A DNA stretch of 64,000 nt. Source: Eledone cirrhosa. Lineage: Eukaryota. The notes under the pieces were generated by a model, which was given only the letters and a program-made list of their open reading frames with translations, was not told the origin of the DNA and did no database searches. Location of the stretch: assembly GCA_964016885.1 (NCBI GenBank), contig OZ024751.1, forward strand, positions 53,072,001-53,136,000, given 5' to 3'. Shown here piece after piece: positions 23,885 to 37,566 of the stretch (position 1 is its first letter; every line of letters starts with the position of its first letter). Position numbers and translations under genes: made by a program.

Positions 23885-24300
23885 AATTGTTTCTACTTTT
23901 GGCACAAGGCCAGTAATTTTCTCAGTGTATTACTGGTACTTTATTTTATCGACCCCGTAAGGATGAAAGGCAAAGTTAACCTCGGCGGGATTTGAACTCA
24001 GCAAAAGTACCAGTAATGTACTGAGTAATTGATGGCCTTGTGCCAAAAGTAGAAACAATTATTGGGAGAGAGGGTGTCACTGACTTCTGTGTAACCCCCT
24101 CCCTCTCTATGTAATTTGTTTCTGTAATGTTCCCTTGGGGCAAATAAAAGAAATTATTATCATAAATCCCACCGAGGTTAGCTTTGCCTTTCATCTTTAC
24201 GGGGGTCGATAAAATAAAGTACCAGTCACGCACTGGGTCAATTTAATCTGGTCGAATTGCTGGCCTTGTGCATAGATCAGAAACCACTATTATCATTATT
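23885..24300. mobile_element. Cluster of SINE fragments, including an inverted pair of 3' ends
   Basis: 23885-24000 (minus) abuts 24004-24062 (plus, same 3' tail); a further plus fragment lies at ~24160-24300. Confidence 0.8.
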
Positions 24301-24691
24301 ATTGATTTGATTATCCAATGTGTTCCCCATGTTCTTAAGATAGTATAGTTGAGGTAGCTTGTGCTGTTGTTTCTAGCAGGTCGCACATTCGCGAAGTGTC
24401 TCTCCACATTGGCTCGATGTATACATGTGTGTATACATGTATTATATGTGTATATGCATGTATGTATATGTATCGTGAATATATAATATATATACACAGG
24501 GTGTCCCCCCAAAATGTGTACACACATTTATTAGAATGCCTTTGAAGTGTGTATACAGTTTTGTATAAAACGAGGGAGTTGTGGCAAGGAACCAGATGGA
24601 CCATAACGCACCAGAGTACTCAATACTTAGGGTAGTAGAGAAATAACCATCGAAACGGCTTGAGCTCTGTAGTCGTGGTCATACATGTTCC

Positions 24692-24722
<31 letters not shown>

Positions 24723-24728
<6 letters not shown>

Positions 24729-25223
24729 CAGTTTTCATCCTCAGTGTATACTGATTAATGTTCAGAGCCATCCTCAGCATTCTCGTGTAGCACCCATCCA
24801 CCATCTGAGTGAGTTTCTTGGTCAGTGTCCAAGTCCCAGACCCATACAGCAGCACAGACTCCACTACAGCAATGAAGAGGCGGACTTTCAGGTTTCTACG
24901 AAGGTCCGACTTCCACACCGATCTCGAGCTGTGGCATCCCAAAAGTCAGCTCAAAAGTGACACAGAGGAGACTGAGGTGGGCTGGACATGCTCACCGACA
25001 TCCAGAGTTGACATTGCACTCAGTGCTCCTTTGGGAGCCCCTACATGGACACACTAGAAGAGGAAGACCAAGGTTAACATATGTTGATGCCCTAAGGACA
25101 GACACTGGTCTGTTGGAGATGCAGGATATGGCAGCGATAATGAGGGACAGAGACCGCTGGAGAGAACTCGTCCATGGATCTCGGGAATTTTACCCGCCTT
25201 AGATAGATAGAGATATATCAGTT
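24723..25223 (+). mobile_element. 5'-truncated RTE-type LINE with 5' inversion and 11-bp TSD
   Basis: 24734-24936 on minus encodes WKSDL..VESVLLYGSGTWTLTK..DGCYTRMLRMALNI; 24932-25202 on plus encodes the continuation IPKVSSKVTQRRLRWAGH..RGRP..DRDRWR..*. (TAGA)n tail; TSD ATATATCAGTT at 24723-24733 and 25213-25223. Confidence 0.88.
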
Positions 25224-25741
25224 GTGAACGAGAAGATACCTCTGCTAAAAGACGTTCCTGTCTTGACTATCATGTTATCTGGTCCTAGATTACCCAGTAT
25301 TGTCATTCTTTTACAGAGATGGCAAGGTGTAATTTAACTGTGATATGATTGCTGTTATAACCAGTGTGTGGTTATAACCAGTGTGTGCGATCATGTAGGA
25401 GTCTGTTGTTATTGTGATGAATTACAGTTGACTGAATATGAAAGCTGTTTTGATTCTGTTTGGATCAGTTTTGTTTTATCCTTGTATACAGTCCCCAGTA
25501 TATTAGCTGAGTCGACCCTTGTGGCTAATAACAAATATACTCATTATTATAAATATGGAAAACAAAAGAAAATATTTACATGAACAACATCTATCTGTCT
25601 TATAATTTATTTACTAGTGGTCCCCTCTCGTCAATAATGACTGTAATAGCGTTGAGCGTATTTAATCCTTGGTCTCCGGATTTGGTATGACATATATATC
25701 TGGATTATGACATATATATCTGGATTATTAGATATATGAAC

Positions 25742-25925
25742 GGCGGTGGATTGGCAGTATCGGTAGAGAGTCGGACGCCATGCTTTCCAGCATAGTTACG
25801 TCCCTTTACGGTCTGAGTTCAAATCCCGCCGAGGTTAACTTTGCCTTTCATCCTTACGGGGTCGATAAAATAAAGTACCAGTAATGTACTGGTTAATTGC
25901 TGGTCTTGTGCCAAAAGTAGAAACA
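25742..25925 (+). mobile_element. tRNA-derived SINE, full length, with 18-bp TSD
   Basis: GGCGGTGGATTGGCAGTATCGG...GAGTTCAAATCC...; TSD ATTATTAGATATATGAAC at 25724-25741 and 25926-25943. Confidence 0.92.
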
Positions 25926-26791
25926 ATTATTAGATATATGAACAATCATACAAACTAGGAAGTCGGCATTTTCATAAATTTATGGTTTGCATAAGAGGAA
26001 CCCTATAGTTTATGTTGATTACTCACACGTGGAAGAGATTTTAGATAAGAAAGATATATGTACAAATGACAGGAGTAAATATATGAGTAACTTTGGAGAA
26101 ATAACTAGGAAGCGAACTTCTGAATGTAGCACTATGACTGAGATAGGAAATTCATTGTGTGTATATGTATGTGTATGTTTGTGTATACATTTTAAAGAGT
26201 TACAGACATAAATAAATATACAAACACACATGGTATATTGTTATGTTTGATACGTATGTTATTTCCTTGTAATTACTTCCTCGTTTATTATCTCTGAAAC
26301 TGTGGCCATGACGTCCTTCTTTGAACGTCAGATAGAATAAGATATTATGGTAGTGCTACCAGAAATTATATTTTGATAGCGGAGCCCTTATGTGATTTCC
26401 CAAAGATTGCGGAACTTTTAAAGATATTTTATGAACAATCCCTACCACCTTAATTTAAATAAGACATTGAATGAAACAAAAATTGTCTTAAGGAGACAAT
26501 ATTTGTGTAACACTCCTGTATCTACCTGTGTTGTTGCGGCACAATATGCACTGGAATGAATAATATCAACCTTGGTGCATTGGAACTATACTGATTTCCA
26601 CACATACACATACACACGTGTGTGTGTGAGTGTTTTCTGTCAGTAAACCAATGACAAGAAGACTGAAGACCTTATTTCTCACACCAACAAGTGAAGTACA
26701 TCGATGTGTGATTTAAGTTCTTTTATAATCAGCTCCACCGTCAATTCTACACTGTATCTATTCCGACATGAATGTTTCTCATACAAATGAC

Positions 26792-26985
26792 CTACAGCCC
26801 TATATTACCTTAGCTATAGTCCTATGTTATTTGCAGCCCTATATTACCTTAGCTAGAGTCCTATGCTATCTACAGCCCTATATTACCTTAGCTATAGTCC
26901 TATATTATCTGTAGCCCTATATTATCTTAGCTATAGTCCTATGTTATCTACAGCCTTATATTACCTATATTACCTACAGCCCTAT
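26792..26985. repeat. 39-bp minisatellite, ~5 copies
   Basis: Unit CTACAGCCCTATATTACCTTAGCTATAGTCCTATGTTAT. Confidence 0.88.
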
Positions 26986-27417
26986 AAACCATTAATCAAA
27001 ATAAGTTCGTGCTTAGTGCCCCAAGTAAAAACGTGCCGGACAAAAACAATAATGGTTTCTGATTCAGGCATAAGTTCAGCAATTCTGGCGGAAACGGTGA
27101 AAGTCGATTATACTGACCTAAATAGTCTACTGGTATCTTATTTTATCGACCCAGGAAGGATGAAAGGCAAAGTTGACCCTAACGGGGTGTAAATTCAGAT
27201 TGTAAAGGGTGGACACCAATATAATGAACAGATATATTTTTATGAGGTCTTCTGGTGTCATTTTTTGTTTTTGTAACACAGTGCCTCGAAGTTTCACACA
27301 TCTTTTGACTTGGCCGAGTTTTCATCCGATACTAATTAGGTTTTATTTACTTATAAATGTTTGTCATTAAACTGCGGCCTTCCTGGGTCAACGCCTTGAC
27401 TTAGTTGATCATATCAA

Positions 27418-27573
27418 CAGAGTGGGATTTACGTATAAGCTAAACAAACTATAGCTTAGGGCCCCCACACAAAAAACAGCGACAATTTGTCGCTGACATA
27501 GGACATCTGGACATATAAAGGGCTCCATTATCTCAAATAGCTTAGGGCCTCATCAAATCTAAATCCGGCCCTG
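27418..27573. mobile_element. hAT-type MITE inserted in an older interspersed repeat
   Basis: Right terminal inverted repeat (TIR) TAAATCCGGCCCTG, degenerate left TIR; 8-bp TSD CATATCAA at 27410-27417 and 27574-27581. Confidence 0.75.
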
Positions 27574-28181
27574 CATATCAACCTTAGTACTTATTTTTTC
27601 AAATATGGTACTTATTTTATTGATTGCTTTTTTTTGTCAACCCACTAAGTCACACACAAACAACGGGCTTCTTCAGCTCCTGTCTACCACACACACACAC
27701 ACATATATATAGCATCCGAAACGTTAGGACTCTTTTCTTACTATATCAAGCGTAAAACTAATAATATATTTCTTCATAGTACTGTGTCGTTTGCTTTGTT
27801 ATTTCTGTTTGCCACACACTGTTTCAATTTACTAAGTCGCTGTAAGACCCCAATCATTTCATGACAAGATAAAATCACCAACATGGAATTGTTGCAGCTG
27901 GTGTAACTGCCAGGCTTGATGTCAATCGTGTGTAAACGACAATTACGATAGCTAGGACATGTTAAACATATAAGAGACAACATGATTCCAAAACATCTGC
28001 TTAGCTGTGTAATTTCTCAAGGAGTGAGAAGAGAAGATCCAGGATACATTTTAAAGACACCTGTAAGAGTGGCCTGAACAGGTGTCATATTGATCACAAG
28101 AAATAGGGAAGTGTTGCTTATGACAACATATTGGAGGACAGCAATTAACAGGAGCGACCTCATTATTGTGGAACATGGTGA

Positions 28182-28600
28182 GGGCGGTGGATTGGCAAAA
28201 TCGGTAGAGCGTCGGAAACTTTGCTTTGCAGCATAGAGCGACGGTCATTTACGGTCTGAATTCAAATCCCGCTGGGGTTAGCTTTGAATTTCATCCTTAC
28301 AGGGTCGATAAAATAAACCACCAGTACTGAACTAGGCGTCGATTTAATCGACTTACCCTCCCCTAAACTTGCTGCCCTTGTGTCTAAATCAGAAACCATT
28401 ATTATGGAACAGTGGTGCATTGGTAGAATCGTTAGAGACTCTGAAAAAATACTTTGAAGTGTATTTCTTCCGGCTCTTTACGTTCTAAGTTCAAATCCTA
28501 TCAAGATCAATTTTTGCCTTTTAATCCTTCTGGAGTTGATTTAATCAAATTATCTCTTCCCCTAAATTGGTGAGCTCCTGTCGAAATTAGAAATAATTTT
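28182..28600 (+). mobile_element. Two tandem older copies of the tRNA-derived SINE
   Basis: B-box-like motifs at ~28258 and ~28488 followed by the family core. Confidence 0.75.
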
Positions 28601-28679
28601 TATGGGACAGGAAACAAATGTGGTTCTCCAGTTGGAACCAACAACAGAGGGATCAGCCATGAATATGGCAAAGGTTATT

Positions 28680-28721
28680 ATATATATATGTGTGTGTGTG
28701 TGAGAGAGAGAGAGACCGTGT

Positions 28722-28806
<85 letters not shown>

Positions 28807-29075
28807 TGTGTGTGTATATATATATGTGTGTGTGTAAATATATATGTGTGTGTATATATATATATATATATGTTTATATATATATATGTTTATATATATA
28901 TGTGTGTATATATATATATGTGTGTATATATATATATGTGTTTATATATATATGTGTGTGTATATATATATATGTGTGTTTATATATATGTGTGTGTGTG
29001 TGTATATATGTGTGTATATATGTGTGTGTGTGTATGTATATATATATATATGTGTGTGTGTGTGTATGTGTGTTA
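28680..29075. repeat. (TG)n/(TA)n compound microsatellite
   Basis: Direct reading. Confidence 0.95.
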
Positions 29076-29429
29076 TCTTATATATGCGAAATAGGTGGGG
29101 AGTTAAACAAATCTTACACTCAAGGTAGGGTGTTTCTCGACACTACAATGTATCCTACGTCACAATGAATGGATGGCTACCGGATCTTATATAATAACAT
29201 ACAGTAACAACTGACCATCCATTACTACATAGATATTCATCACGTAAGGTAAATTAGGTGACTATCCATATTGTACGCTACATTTACAATATGCATCATA
29301 TTCATTAATTGTACCTCCCTTACATACATGTAAGCTAAACATCAACAAACAGTTCAGAATAGATGTCTGAATGAATGAATGGATATTTTTAGTTTGTGTA
29401 TATCCATTTTTCTAGGCGATAGGTTAGCA

Positions 29430-29611
29430 CAGTGTGCCGCGAGATCTTCCTAAGTGTGCCGCGAAATCTTCCTAAGTGTACCGCGAAATTTTGAACGGCA
29501 CACTAAGAACAAAAATATTATATATGAAACAGTTAATAAATATATATGAAAAATATTATTTTTCATATATATTTAGCCAGGTTGAGCAAAGAAAGGTTGA
29601 GAACCACACTG
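29430..29611. mobile_element. hAT-type MITE, internally rearranged
   Basis: CAGTG...AAGGTTGAGAACCACACTG ends; 8-bp TSD GGTTAGCA at 29422-29429 and 29612-29619; three internal AGTGTGCCGCGA-like repeats. Confidence 0.7.
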
Positions 29612-30124
29612 GGTTAGCACATTCGTTAAAACGTCGGATAGAATACTTCGCGTTATTTTGCCATTCACCCTTTCGAGGTCTATAAATAAAGTACCAGCCC
29701 TGTCGATTATTTCTCTATAATTCTTCCTCACTCTCTTTAAACCTGGTGGAGCTAATCCCTTTCCATGTTCAGGTATAAAGAGAGATGGGTTCCACTAGGT
29801 CCAAGACACGCCGTATGTTTGTCACGATGGTGCCTCTAAAACCCCATAAGAAGTTACGGATCCATGCATACATGCAATTCGTGATCAGGGCCTCCAAGAG
29901 AAATTTTGCAAGGCGGTACAAGACCCCTTTGGGCCCCGAAACAGGCAAAGAGTTTTCTCAAAATGGATGTTGCTGTAGAGCCTTCATAGCTCTTGGACCC
30001 CGGAACAAAGTACCGACTAGACCCCCCCTCCCCCTCATGTGCGCTGTCCGTGATTGAACAGGTCGGTCATGATTGATGTAGGCGGACATTGGTTTTTACA
30101 TACGCGCAACTCTCTCTTTCTCTC

Positions 30125-30175
<51 letters not shown>

Positions 30176-31246
30176 TTTGTAATTGGAACTAAACTGATCT
30201 CGTTTGTCTGGAACAAACAGGGCCCTGGTGGATACAATTAGTTCGCTTTGCAATCATAAGGTCCCCGGTTCGAACCAACTGCATGGCATTTTCGGCGTCT
30301 TTTACCACAGCATCGAGTTGACTGTATCTATAATTCCAAGACCAGTTCCATTACAAATCGATATTTTCCATATGTTCCTTAAATCATAAAATAAAAACAA
30401 CTATGAAATATTTAACGGATTTTAAGTAGTTTTATTTTTTTAATCAGAGATTGTTATTTTATTTCTCTTTGCATTTACATTAGTGGAAGTTTTATTTTAT
30501 GATTAACGGCGAGGAAGCAAAATACCCAGGGATGCCCGCTGCATGAACAACAAACAGTAAAGCGTTAATATAGTGAACTAAGATATTCTTTTATTCTTTT
30601 ACTGTTTTTTAAAGCTATTGGATTGCGGTCATGCTGGGCACCGCTTTAAAGGGAATTAGTACATCATATCGATCCAAGTACTTATTTTATCGATCCCTTT
30701 TTGTCAAACCGCTAAGTCACGGGACATAAGGCATAGACAGAAATTTATTTGATAAATGTGTGGTTTGAGGGAATTGGCTGTTAATTCTAGCAGTCGAGCA
30801 AGAACCACTTTAAGTTTTCCTTATTGCATTGTATTCAAGTTCTGTGACCTCGAATACGGAATATTTCTTAGAGATTTGGGAATCTGACGTGTGGGGGGGG
30901 GGGGGGGGGTCATGGGGTGTGTGTGTGTGGGGGGGGGTTATGTGTGTGTATGTGTGTGCATTTGAAGAATGAGTGGGCTGCACCATAATGTGGTGTCTAG
31001 AATGATTACGTTGTTCACGAGTGTGATCATGTGTGTGTATGTGTGAGCATATGCGAGTGTGTAGATATGTATGTGTGTGTGAGCATATGTGAGTGTCTAC
31101 ATATTTGTGTGTATGTGGTGGGAGTTTACATGAAGACAGTGAGAGGGAGGAAGAGATCGCAAAAGTTCAAGAGACATTTTACTACAACAAATTCCAGTGA
31201 CATCCTATCCTGTCTGATATTGAAAAGCAGGAACCTCACTTCTATT

Positions 31247-31278
<32 letters not shown>

Positions 31279-31448
31279 GGTATGTTCCGTAACTCCTGAT
31301 AGAGTCGTAGGGACGACGTATTGACATACGGCGTTTCTTGGGCATTTTAAGCCTGGCAGAGCCCATTCCTCCTCATACCTGAGTACAGCAGATTTCTTCT
31401 ACAGAAAAATAAAAAGTGTGAGAGAGGAAATTAGAGATATAGAGGAAG

Positions 31449-31508
<60 letters not shown>

Positions 31509-31751
31509 GTAAATTTGTATTCCAATGTTACTAAGTAGTTGCATTGGATGGAGTCAACCGACGTCGGAGATTGCTCAACGTATAATAAAGTGTGTTTTAA
31601 AATCCGGAGAATATATATATAGGTTGCCAGATGTTTATGGTGGGGCCAACAACGTTGCTGAGATTACACACACACACACACATGTTGTTATGCTTTGAGA
31701 TGGTCATGCTGGCAATAAACACACAAATATTATTATTATTAGTTAAGTAAC

Positions 31752-31965
31752 TGGGTAGTGTATTGGCCGTATCGGTAGAGCGCCGGGGACAAAATGCTTT
31801 GCTGTGTTTAGTTACGACTTTCTAGTTTCTGAGTTCAAATCCTGCCGGGGTCATCTTTGCTTTCATCCTTCCAGGATCGATAAAATAAAGTACCAGTCAA
31901 ATACTCGTGTCGATATAAACAATATTTTCTTCCCTACAAATTAGTAGCCTTGTGCCTAAATTATT
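31752..31965 (+). mobile_element. tRNA-derived SINE (older copy)
   Basis: A-box, B-box and family core all recognisable. Confidence 0.8.
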
Positions 31966-32653
31966 ATAAGTTAGGTAATTAATTTATTTCTCGGTTAGTT
32001 TAGTAAACGGGTTGTTAATTAACTGGTAGAGCACTTTCGTTAAATATTGCTTAACCTGCTCATTTGTAACTCCTCTTCGTTTTAATTTTATTCTCCCCCC
32101 CCCCCCTCTCTCTCACACACACACTCTATCTGTTTATCAAATTTCATTCACAGTCCGACGCTATAGTAGAAGGTACTTGCCCAAGGTTTCACGCGGTGTG
32201 ACTGGACCCGGAACCAGGTGGTTGCGAAGCCAACTCCTTAATTACACAGCCATGCCTGTGTGTGTATGTGTATGCCTGTGTGTGTGTGTGTTTATGTTTG
32301 AAATTTGAGAGTAAGTTACTAAATAAATCCACCCTAAACAACTCTTGACTTGTTCAAAATAGAATACCAAGATTTCTGGGTCATGCGAAGTGTTTGTCAT
32401 CCCCGTATCTTCGTAGGTATACAGGGCCGATGAAGAGAGGATTATATTATATACAGGGATGATCAGGCCCTCTCCCAACCCAACCTTTATTTTCATTTAC
32501 ATTGCCCGTGAGAAAGGCACAGATACGAAATCTCACCACATTTCAATCGTTACGGGCTCTTTCCTCTGACTAAATTTTTAAATAAAAAAAAAAGAAAAAC
32601 TTCTTAAATCTTCGTACTTCTGTGTCTCTATCTGTTTATTTATGTGATCACAG

Positions 32654-32980
32654 CATGGCCGAATGGTTAAAGAGGTTACGGGTTCGATCCCACTGCTTGT
32701 CATCTTGGACAAGTGTCATTTACCATAATTTCAGGTTGACCCATGCCTTGTGAGGGATATTGGGTCGACAGAAAGTGTTGGAAGCTAGTCGGATGGACTG
32801 TGCCTGCAATTCAGAGTTTTCTCACACAGTGCCCTGTTGAATCTCCATGAGAATTACATTAAGAGTACACGTGTCTATAGAATGTTCAGTATAGTACACA
32901 TTAATTTCAATAAGCAGACTGCTCCATTGACCGAACAACTGGAACATTGATCGTTGGAATCCCTGGTGGTTTATTCTACA
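32654..32980 (+). mobile_element. Second tRNA-derived SINE family (related pieces at ~21575-21840, 30225-30320, 32135-32255, 37815-38100)
   Basis: GCATGGCCGAATGGTTAA (A box), GGTTCGATCCC (B box), then CTTGGACAAGTG; related text recurs at the listed sites. Confidence 0.65.
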
Positions 32981-33173
32981 CTTTAAAATGTACCTACTAC
33001 AGATACTTGCATGTTCACTCATTTACTGATGACCAGGGGCGGATTAAGCTTGCAGGAGGCCACTGGTTGAACATTTTATGTAAGGAGGTCCTTGTTTCAA
33101 ACTAATCTTAATTGGAGAAATATATTGGCCATTGTCTGCAGCGAAGAGAACTCCTTAACCACACAGCCATGCC

Positions 33174-33332
33174 CAGTGTCGGATTTACCATTGTACTTAT
33201 GTGTGCTTAGGCACAGGGCCTCGTTGGCCAAGAGGGTGGGGCATCTTCCTGCCAAAAATATGTTTATCTCCTTCGGGGCCCAAGTAATAACTTAACTAGC
33301 ACGGGACCTCATATGTCTTAAATCCGGCACTG
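33174..33332. mobile_element. hAT-type MITE
   Basis: TIRs CAGTGTCGGATTTA / TAAATCCGGCACTG; 8-bp TSD GCCATGCC. Confidence 0.88.
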
Positions 33333-33837
33333 GCCATGCCTGCCATTATTTCTGTAGAAACTTCCAGTTGATGACAGAATATTGCAGCTTTTGACATTAA
33401 TGGAACGGATATCCTCTGGAATCTTGTCAAGATTTCAGGGTTACCCAGATGCTACACGTAGCAGATTGCGTTATTTTTCACAGCTGCGCACTACTATTTT
33501 CTACTCCAACATTGCTACATAATATTCTAAAATCAAAATTTATTTTAGTTAAGAATCCTACTAAATATATTAAATTATTATCTAATTAAATTAAAATTGC
33601 CCTACAGGAAAATCTGTTATAATAAAGCTGGTGTATTTGCTGTGCACATCGTCGGTGATATAGGAAAGGGGATAAGAATGTGTGTGTGTGTGTGTGTGTG
33701 TGTGGGAGCGGTGGTGGTAGAGTTTTTGTTTTTTAAATTCCACTCTGTTATAAAGGGAAGGGGATGATAAGTGAAAAGTGCGAATTTTGTAAATTTTTTA
33801 ATCTCGGACGATTATATATAATAATTGGTATGTGTAA

Positions 33838-34215
33838 GGGCGGAGGGTTGACTGAATAATTGCAATGTCGGATAAAATGCTTTGCAACATTTATTCTGGG
33901 CTTTTACATTCTGAGTTCAAATCCTGCTGAGGTCGACTTTGCCTTTCATGGTTCCAGGGTCAATGAAATAAAGTAAGAGTTAAACACTGGGGTTGGTATA
34001 ATTGACTTTTCCCTCCCAGTGAATTGTAAGCCTTGTATTTAGATTTAAAATCATTATTTCTGTGTGTAGATATATAACTTAGAGGTGGCGAACTGGCAGA
34101 GTCGTTAGAACGTTGGATAGAATGCTTTATGGCTTTTTGTTTTCTGAGTTCAAATCCCGCCGAAGTCACATTTGCCTTTCATCCTTTCGAAGTCCTAGTC
34201 CAGTACTGGGGTTGA
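33838..34215 (+). mobile_element. Two older copies of the first SINE family
   Basis: CTGAGTTCAAATCC plus TTTGCCTTTCAT cores at ~33911 and ~34144. Confidence 0.75.
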
Positions 34216-34679
34216 TTATTGCTCTATATTCCTTTCTCACTTCCTTTTTTTTTTCATGTTCTATCCTTTTCTGGAAGAAATCTGCAGCGTTTAGACCTGG
34301 GGAGGAGATGGGCTCCGCCAGGCTTTAAAATGTCCAAGAAACGCTGTATGTCAAGACGGCACTCCTACGATTCCATCAGAAGTAACTTAGAAATAAGACA
34401 TTTCAAATGCCATATTGATCTTTAATACTTCATGGTTGTTTCTGAAAAAAAACATGGAATTTCCATGATGTCAGCTTGTATATCATAATTTACTAGCAAA
34501 GTTTAAATCTTGAGTTACTTTCTCAATGCAATACACTACTGTTTGACAAAATCTTGTGCCACTTTTTATGAAATTTCACTAACAAACCTGTCAACAATTC
34601 CGAATGTTGATACTATTACCAACAAATGCATTCTTGCAATAAGGAAATGCCGACTGACATTTTTTTTAAAGCCTGTTTG

Positions 34680-34846
34680 CAGTGCCGGAATCACCATTGT
34701 GCTTAGGTGTTCTTAAGCACAGGGACCGTTGGCCAGGAAAGGGGAGGAGGGCATCTTCCTGCCCCAAAAATGTTTACCTCCTTCAAGGCCCAAGTAAGGG
34801 GCCTCATAACTAGCACAAGGCCTCATTTGTCCTAAATCCGACACTG
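34680..34846. mobile_element. hAT-type MITE, same family and orientation as 33174-33332
   Basis: TIRs CAGTGCCGGA / TCCGACACTG; TSD CCTGTTTG/CCTGGTTG; similar internal sequence. Confidence 0.85.
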
Positions 34847-35562
34847 CCTGGTTGGCAGAAAAAGCAGCACTTTGATCATACTTTCCTTGTAAGATACAAT
34901 TTCATTAAAAGTATTTATAGACCACGTTCTTTGGAAGACAACTGATAAATAGACCGTTGTTTCTTTTACTCTCTTATTTTTTATATTTTATTTCATTTTA
35001 TTTTTTACTGGTTTCAGCCATTAGTCTGTGGCCATACTGGGGCACCATCTTGATTCAGTCGATCATATCGAACACAGTGCTTGTTTGTTTTTCACGTCTG
35101 GCACTTACTTTATCGAGCTCTTTTGTCGAACTGCTAACTCTCACACACACTGTATATATATATATATATTGTTGGTGGTGGTAGTGGTGGTAGTGTTGTC
35201 GTTGGTGGTAGTGATAGGGGTGCTAATGGCAGTAGTAGTAGTAGCAGCAACAGTCTGGTTGTCTGCCATGATGAAGCTGCTATAAATCAGGCGACAGACA
35301 TAATAATGGCTGTTGATGATGGAGAAAAGATGAACTGTTGATGGTGAAGAAGAAGGAGGAGAAAAGAGAGAGAGTGTGAAATGATAAATATATGTCCACT
35401 CTACCCTTTAGAAATAGCTGCCAAATTACCCTCATAACCTGCTCTATACTCTACCATCTTGAAATGGATGGACACATTGCGTGACGCAGTTCGAGATAGA
35501 CAAAAATACAAATTTTTAAAAAGCAGTTTGGTTACATGACTGGAACACTTTTGATCATGACT

Positions 35563-35795
35563 GACCTGAGGTTAAATAACATTGTAGGTAGCAAGTAGTG
35601 TCAGATCAGAGACATGGTGGGGTATGGAGGTGTGAGTGGGCTGTAGTCAGAAGCCCCACAATATATCTATTTAACCAGGGATAACCTGGGGTTAAATAAC
35701 ATTATAGGTAGCAAGTAGTGTCAGATTAAAGATATGGTGAGGTGTGAAGGTGTGAGAGGGCTGTAGCTAGAAGTCCCACAATATAGCTATTTAAA
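35563..35795. repeat. ~120-bp diverged tandem duplication
   Basis: acctgaggttaaataacattgtaggtagcaagtagtgtcagat...ccacaatatatctatttaa occurs twice, 120 bp apart. Confidence 0.85.
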
Positions 35796-36752
35796 ATGCA
35801 TGCACCAGAATATGTAGAGGGAGTGTGAATATTTGTGAGAGCTAGGATAAAGGGAGGTTATAGAAACTGTGAGTGTGAAAGGGGGGAGGAATTGAGTCGA
35901 TTTGGGAAAGTAGATCCAGTGTGAAAAATGAAGTTCTGTTCAGACCTGGCACAAGTGGATATGAATCTGTGGTGTAAAATGATGATTGCGACAGTGGGGG
36001 TGTGGAGTAGAGTGGTTAGGAGAACGGCAGTGATGGGGTGTCTTTTCCGAGTTGTATGTTCCTCAGGTGTTCAGTGAGGGCTTCAGTCCAGTAGAGGTCT
36101 GCATGTCACACCACCACAGCACCACCTTCACCTTTATCAGCGAGTTTAATGACAATGTCATTATGGTGCTGTAGGTTGTGCAGAGTGGAGAGTTTGGTGC
36201 AAATAAGGTTGGTGCAATGAGAATACTCGTAGCAATTGAAGCTGCGGGTGATCTAGTGTAATTTCACACCCTTTTACCAGAAAGTTCACTGAAACTTTCT
36301 ATAAAAAAAAATATTTACTTAGCATGAAAGTATTTATTCTCAAAACAAGCGATGACGGCGACAACAACAATAACATCAGCCACAATTCCTACAAGAACTT
36401 AAGTGTGAATTACGTGACCAACACCTACAAATGGTGTAGTCCAATAATTTCTGAAATCAAGAAGAAACAAATATTTTTATGACTTTGTATGTGACATTTT
36501 TTACATTTTGTTTTTTTTTATATGTGTGTATTTGTGTGTTTATCAAGGAGAGAAGAACAGAGACCATGATAGGTCCTCCTAACCCTTTGTTTGGCAAGTT
36601 TTCTATGGCTGGATGTCCTTCCTAACACCAACCACTTTCCAGTGTGTTCTGGGTGCATATATCATGTAAATCACCAACACTAGGAAGGTTGTCATGTCCT
36701 TGATACAGCTTATATATATATATATATACACATATATATATATATATATATA

Positions 36753-37110
36753 TCATCATCATCATCACCGTTTTATGTCTGTTCTTCCACGCTAGCATGG
36801 GTTAGACGGGCTGTCCTGTTGTGGACAGTGTCCGGTCGACTGACCTTGTCTTGCTCATACGGGAACTGATTCTGGCTTGATTTCTACAACTGAATGCCCT
36901 TCCTAACACCAACCTCATTTACAGTGAGTGCTGGGTGCTTTTTTGCCGTGGCACCTCCACGACCACTTTGCAGTCCTACCACCTTATTTCTACAACTGAG
37001 GAAACTAGAGCAATGTGAAATAAAGTGTCTTGCTCAAGGAAACAACACATCACCTGGTCCGAGAATTGAACTCACAACCTTTCGATTGCAAGCCCAATGT
37101 TCTAACCACT
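36753..37110 (-). mobile_element. SINE or truncated LINE sharing the 3' end of the RTE at 57001-57655
   Basis: (CAT)n tail then CCGTTTTATGTCTGTTCTTCCACGCTAGCATGGGTTAGACGGG...GCCCTTCCTAACACCAAC, nearly identical to 57001-57200; a short fragment also occurs at ~229-280. Confidence 0.8.
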
Positions 37111-37315
37111 AATATATATATATACACACACACACATGCATATATATACACACACACACGCATATATATATATATACACACACACATATATATATATACA
37201 CACACACACGCATATATATATATATACACACACACATATATATATATACACACACACATATATATATACACACACACACACACATATATATATGCACACA
37301 CACACATATATATAT

Positions 37316-37356
<41 letters not shown>

Positions 37357-37407
37357 TATAAAATCTTTTCTTCTCTTTATATTTTCCAGCATACCAACTT
37401 GTAAAAG

Positions 37408-37524
37408 ATGGCCACTATTCCTGTTATGATCCAGTCTCTACTGATATTCTGTTTTGCTGTGATGACCATTTCAACAGAAGTTAGAGAACTGAATCTTTTG
37501 ATGCCAAAAGTACAGCCGAAAGTA
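37408..37524 (+). CDS. PHM: PHM/PAM coding exon 1 (signal peptide and start of the monooxygenase core)
   Basis: Acceptor ttttccag ending 37389, in-frame TAA two codons before the ATG. Translates MATIPVMIQSLLIFCFAVMTISTEVRELNLLMPKVQPKV (hydrophobic leader then the MP.V.P motif). Phase-0 donor GTAAGT at 37525. Confidence 0.88.
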
Positions 37525-37566
37525 GTAAGTATTCTTTGTTTGTTATGTGTACACAGTATGTCTTAA

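Noticed and set aside
25742-25830. tRNA-like A and B boxes
   Set aside because: These are SINE heads with TSDs and a shared body; no cloverleaf, so not tRNA genes.
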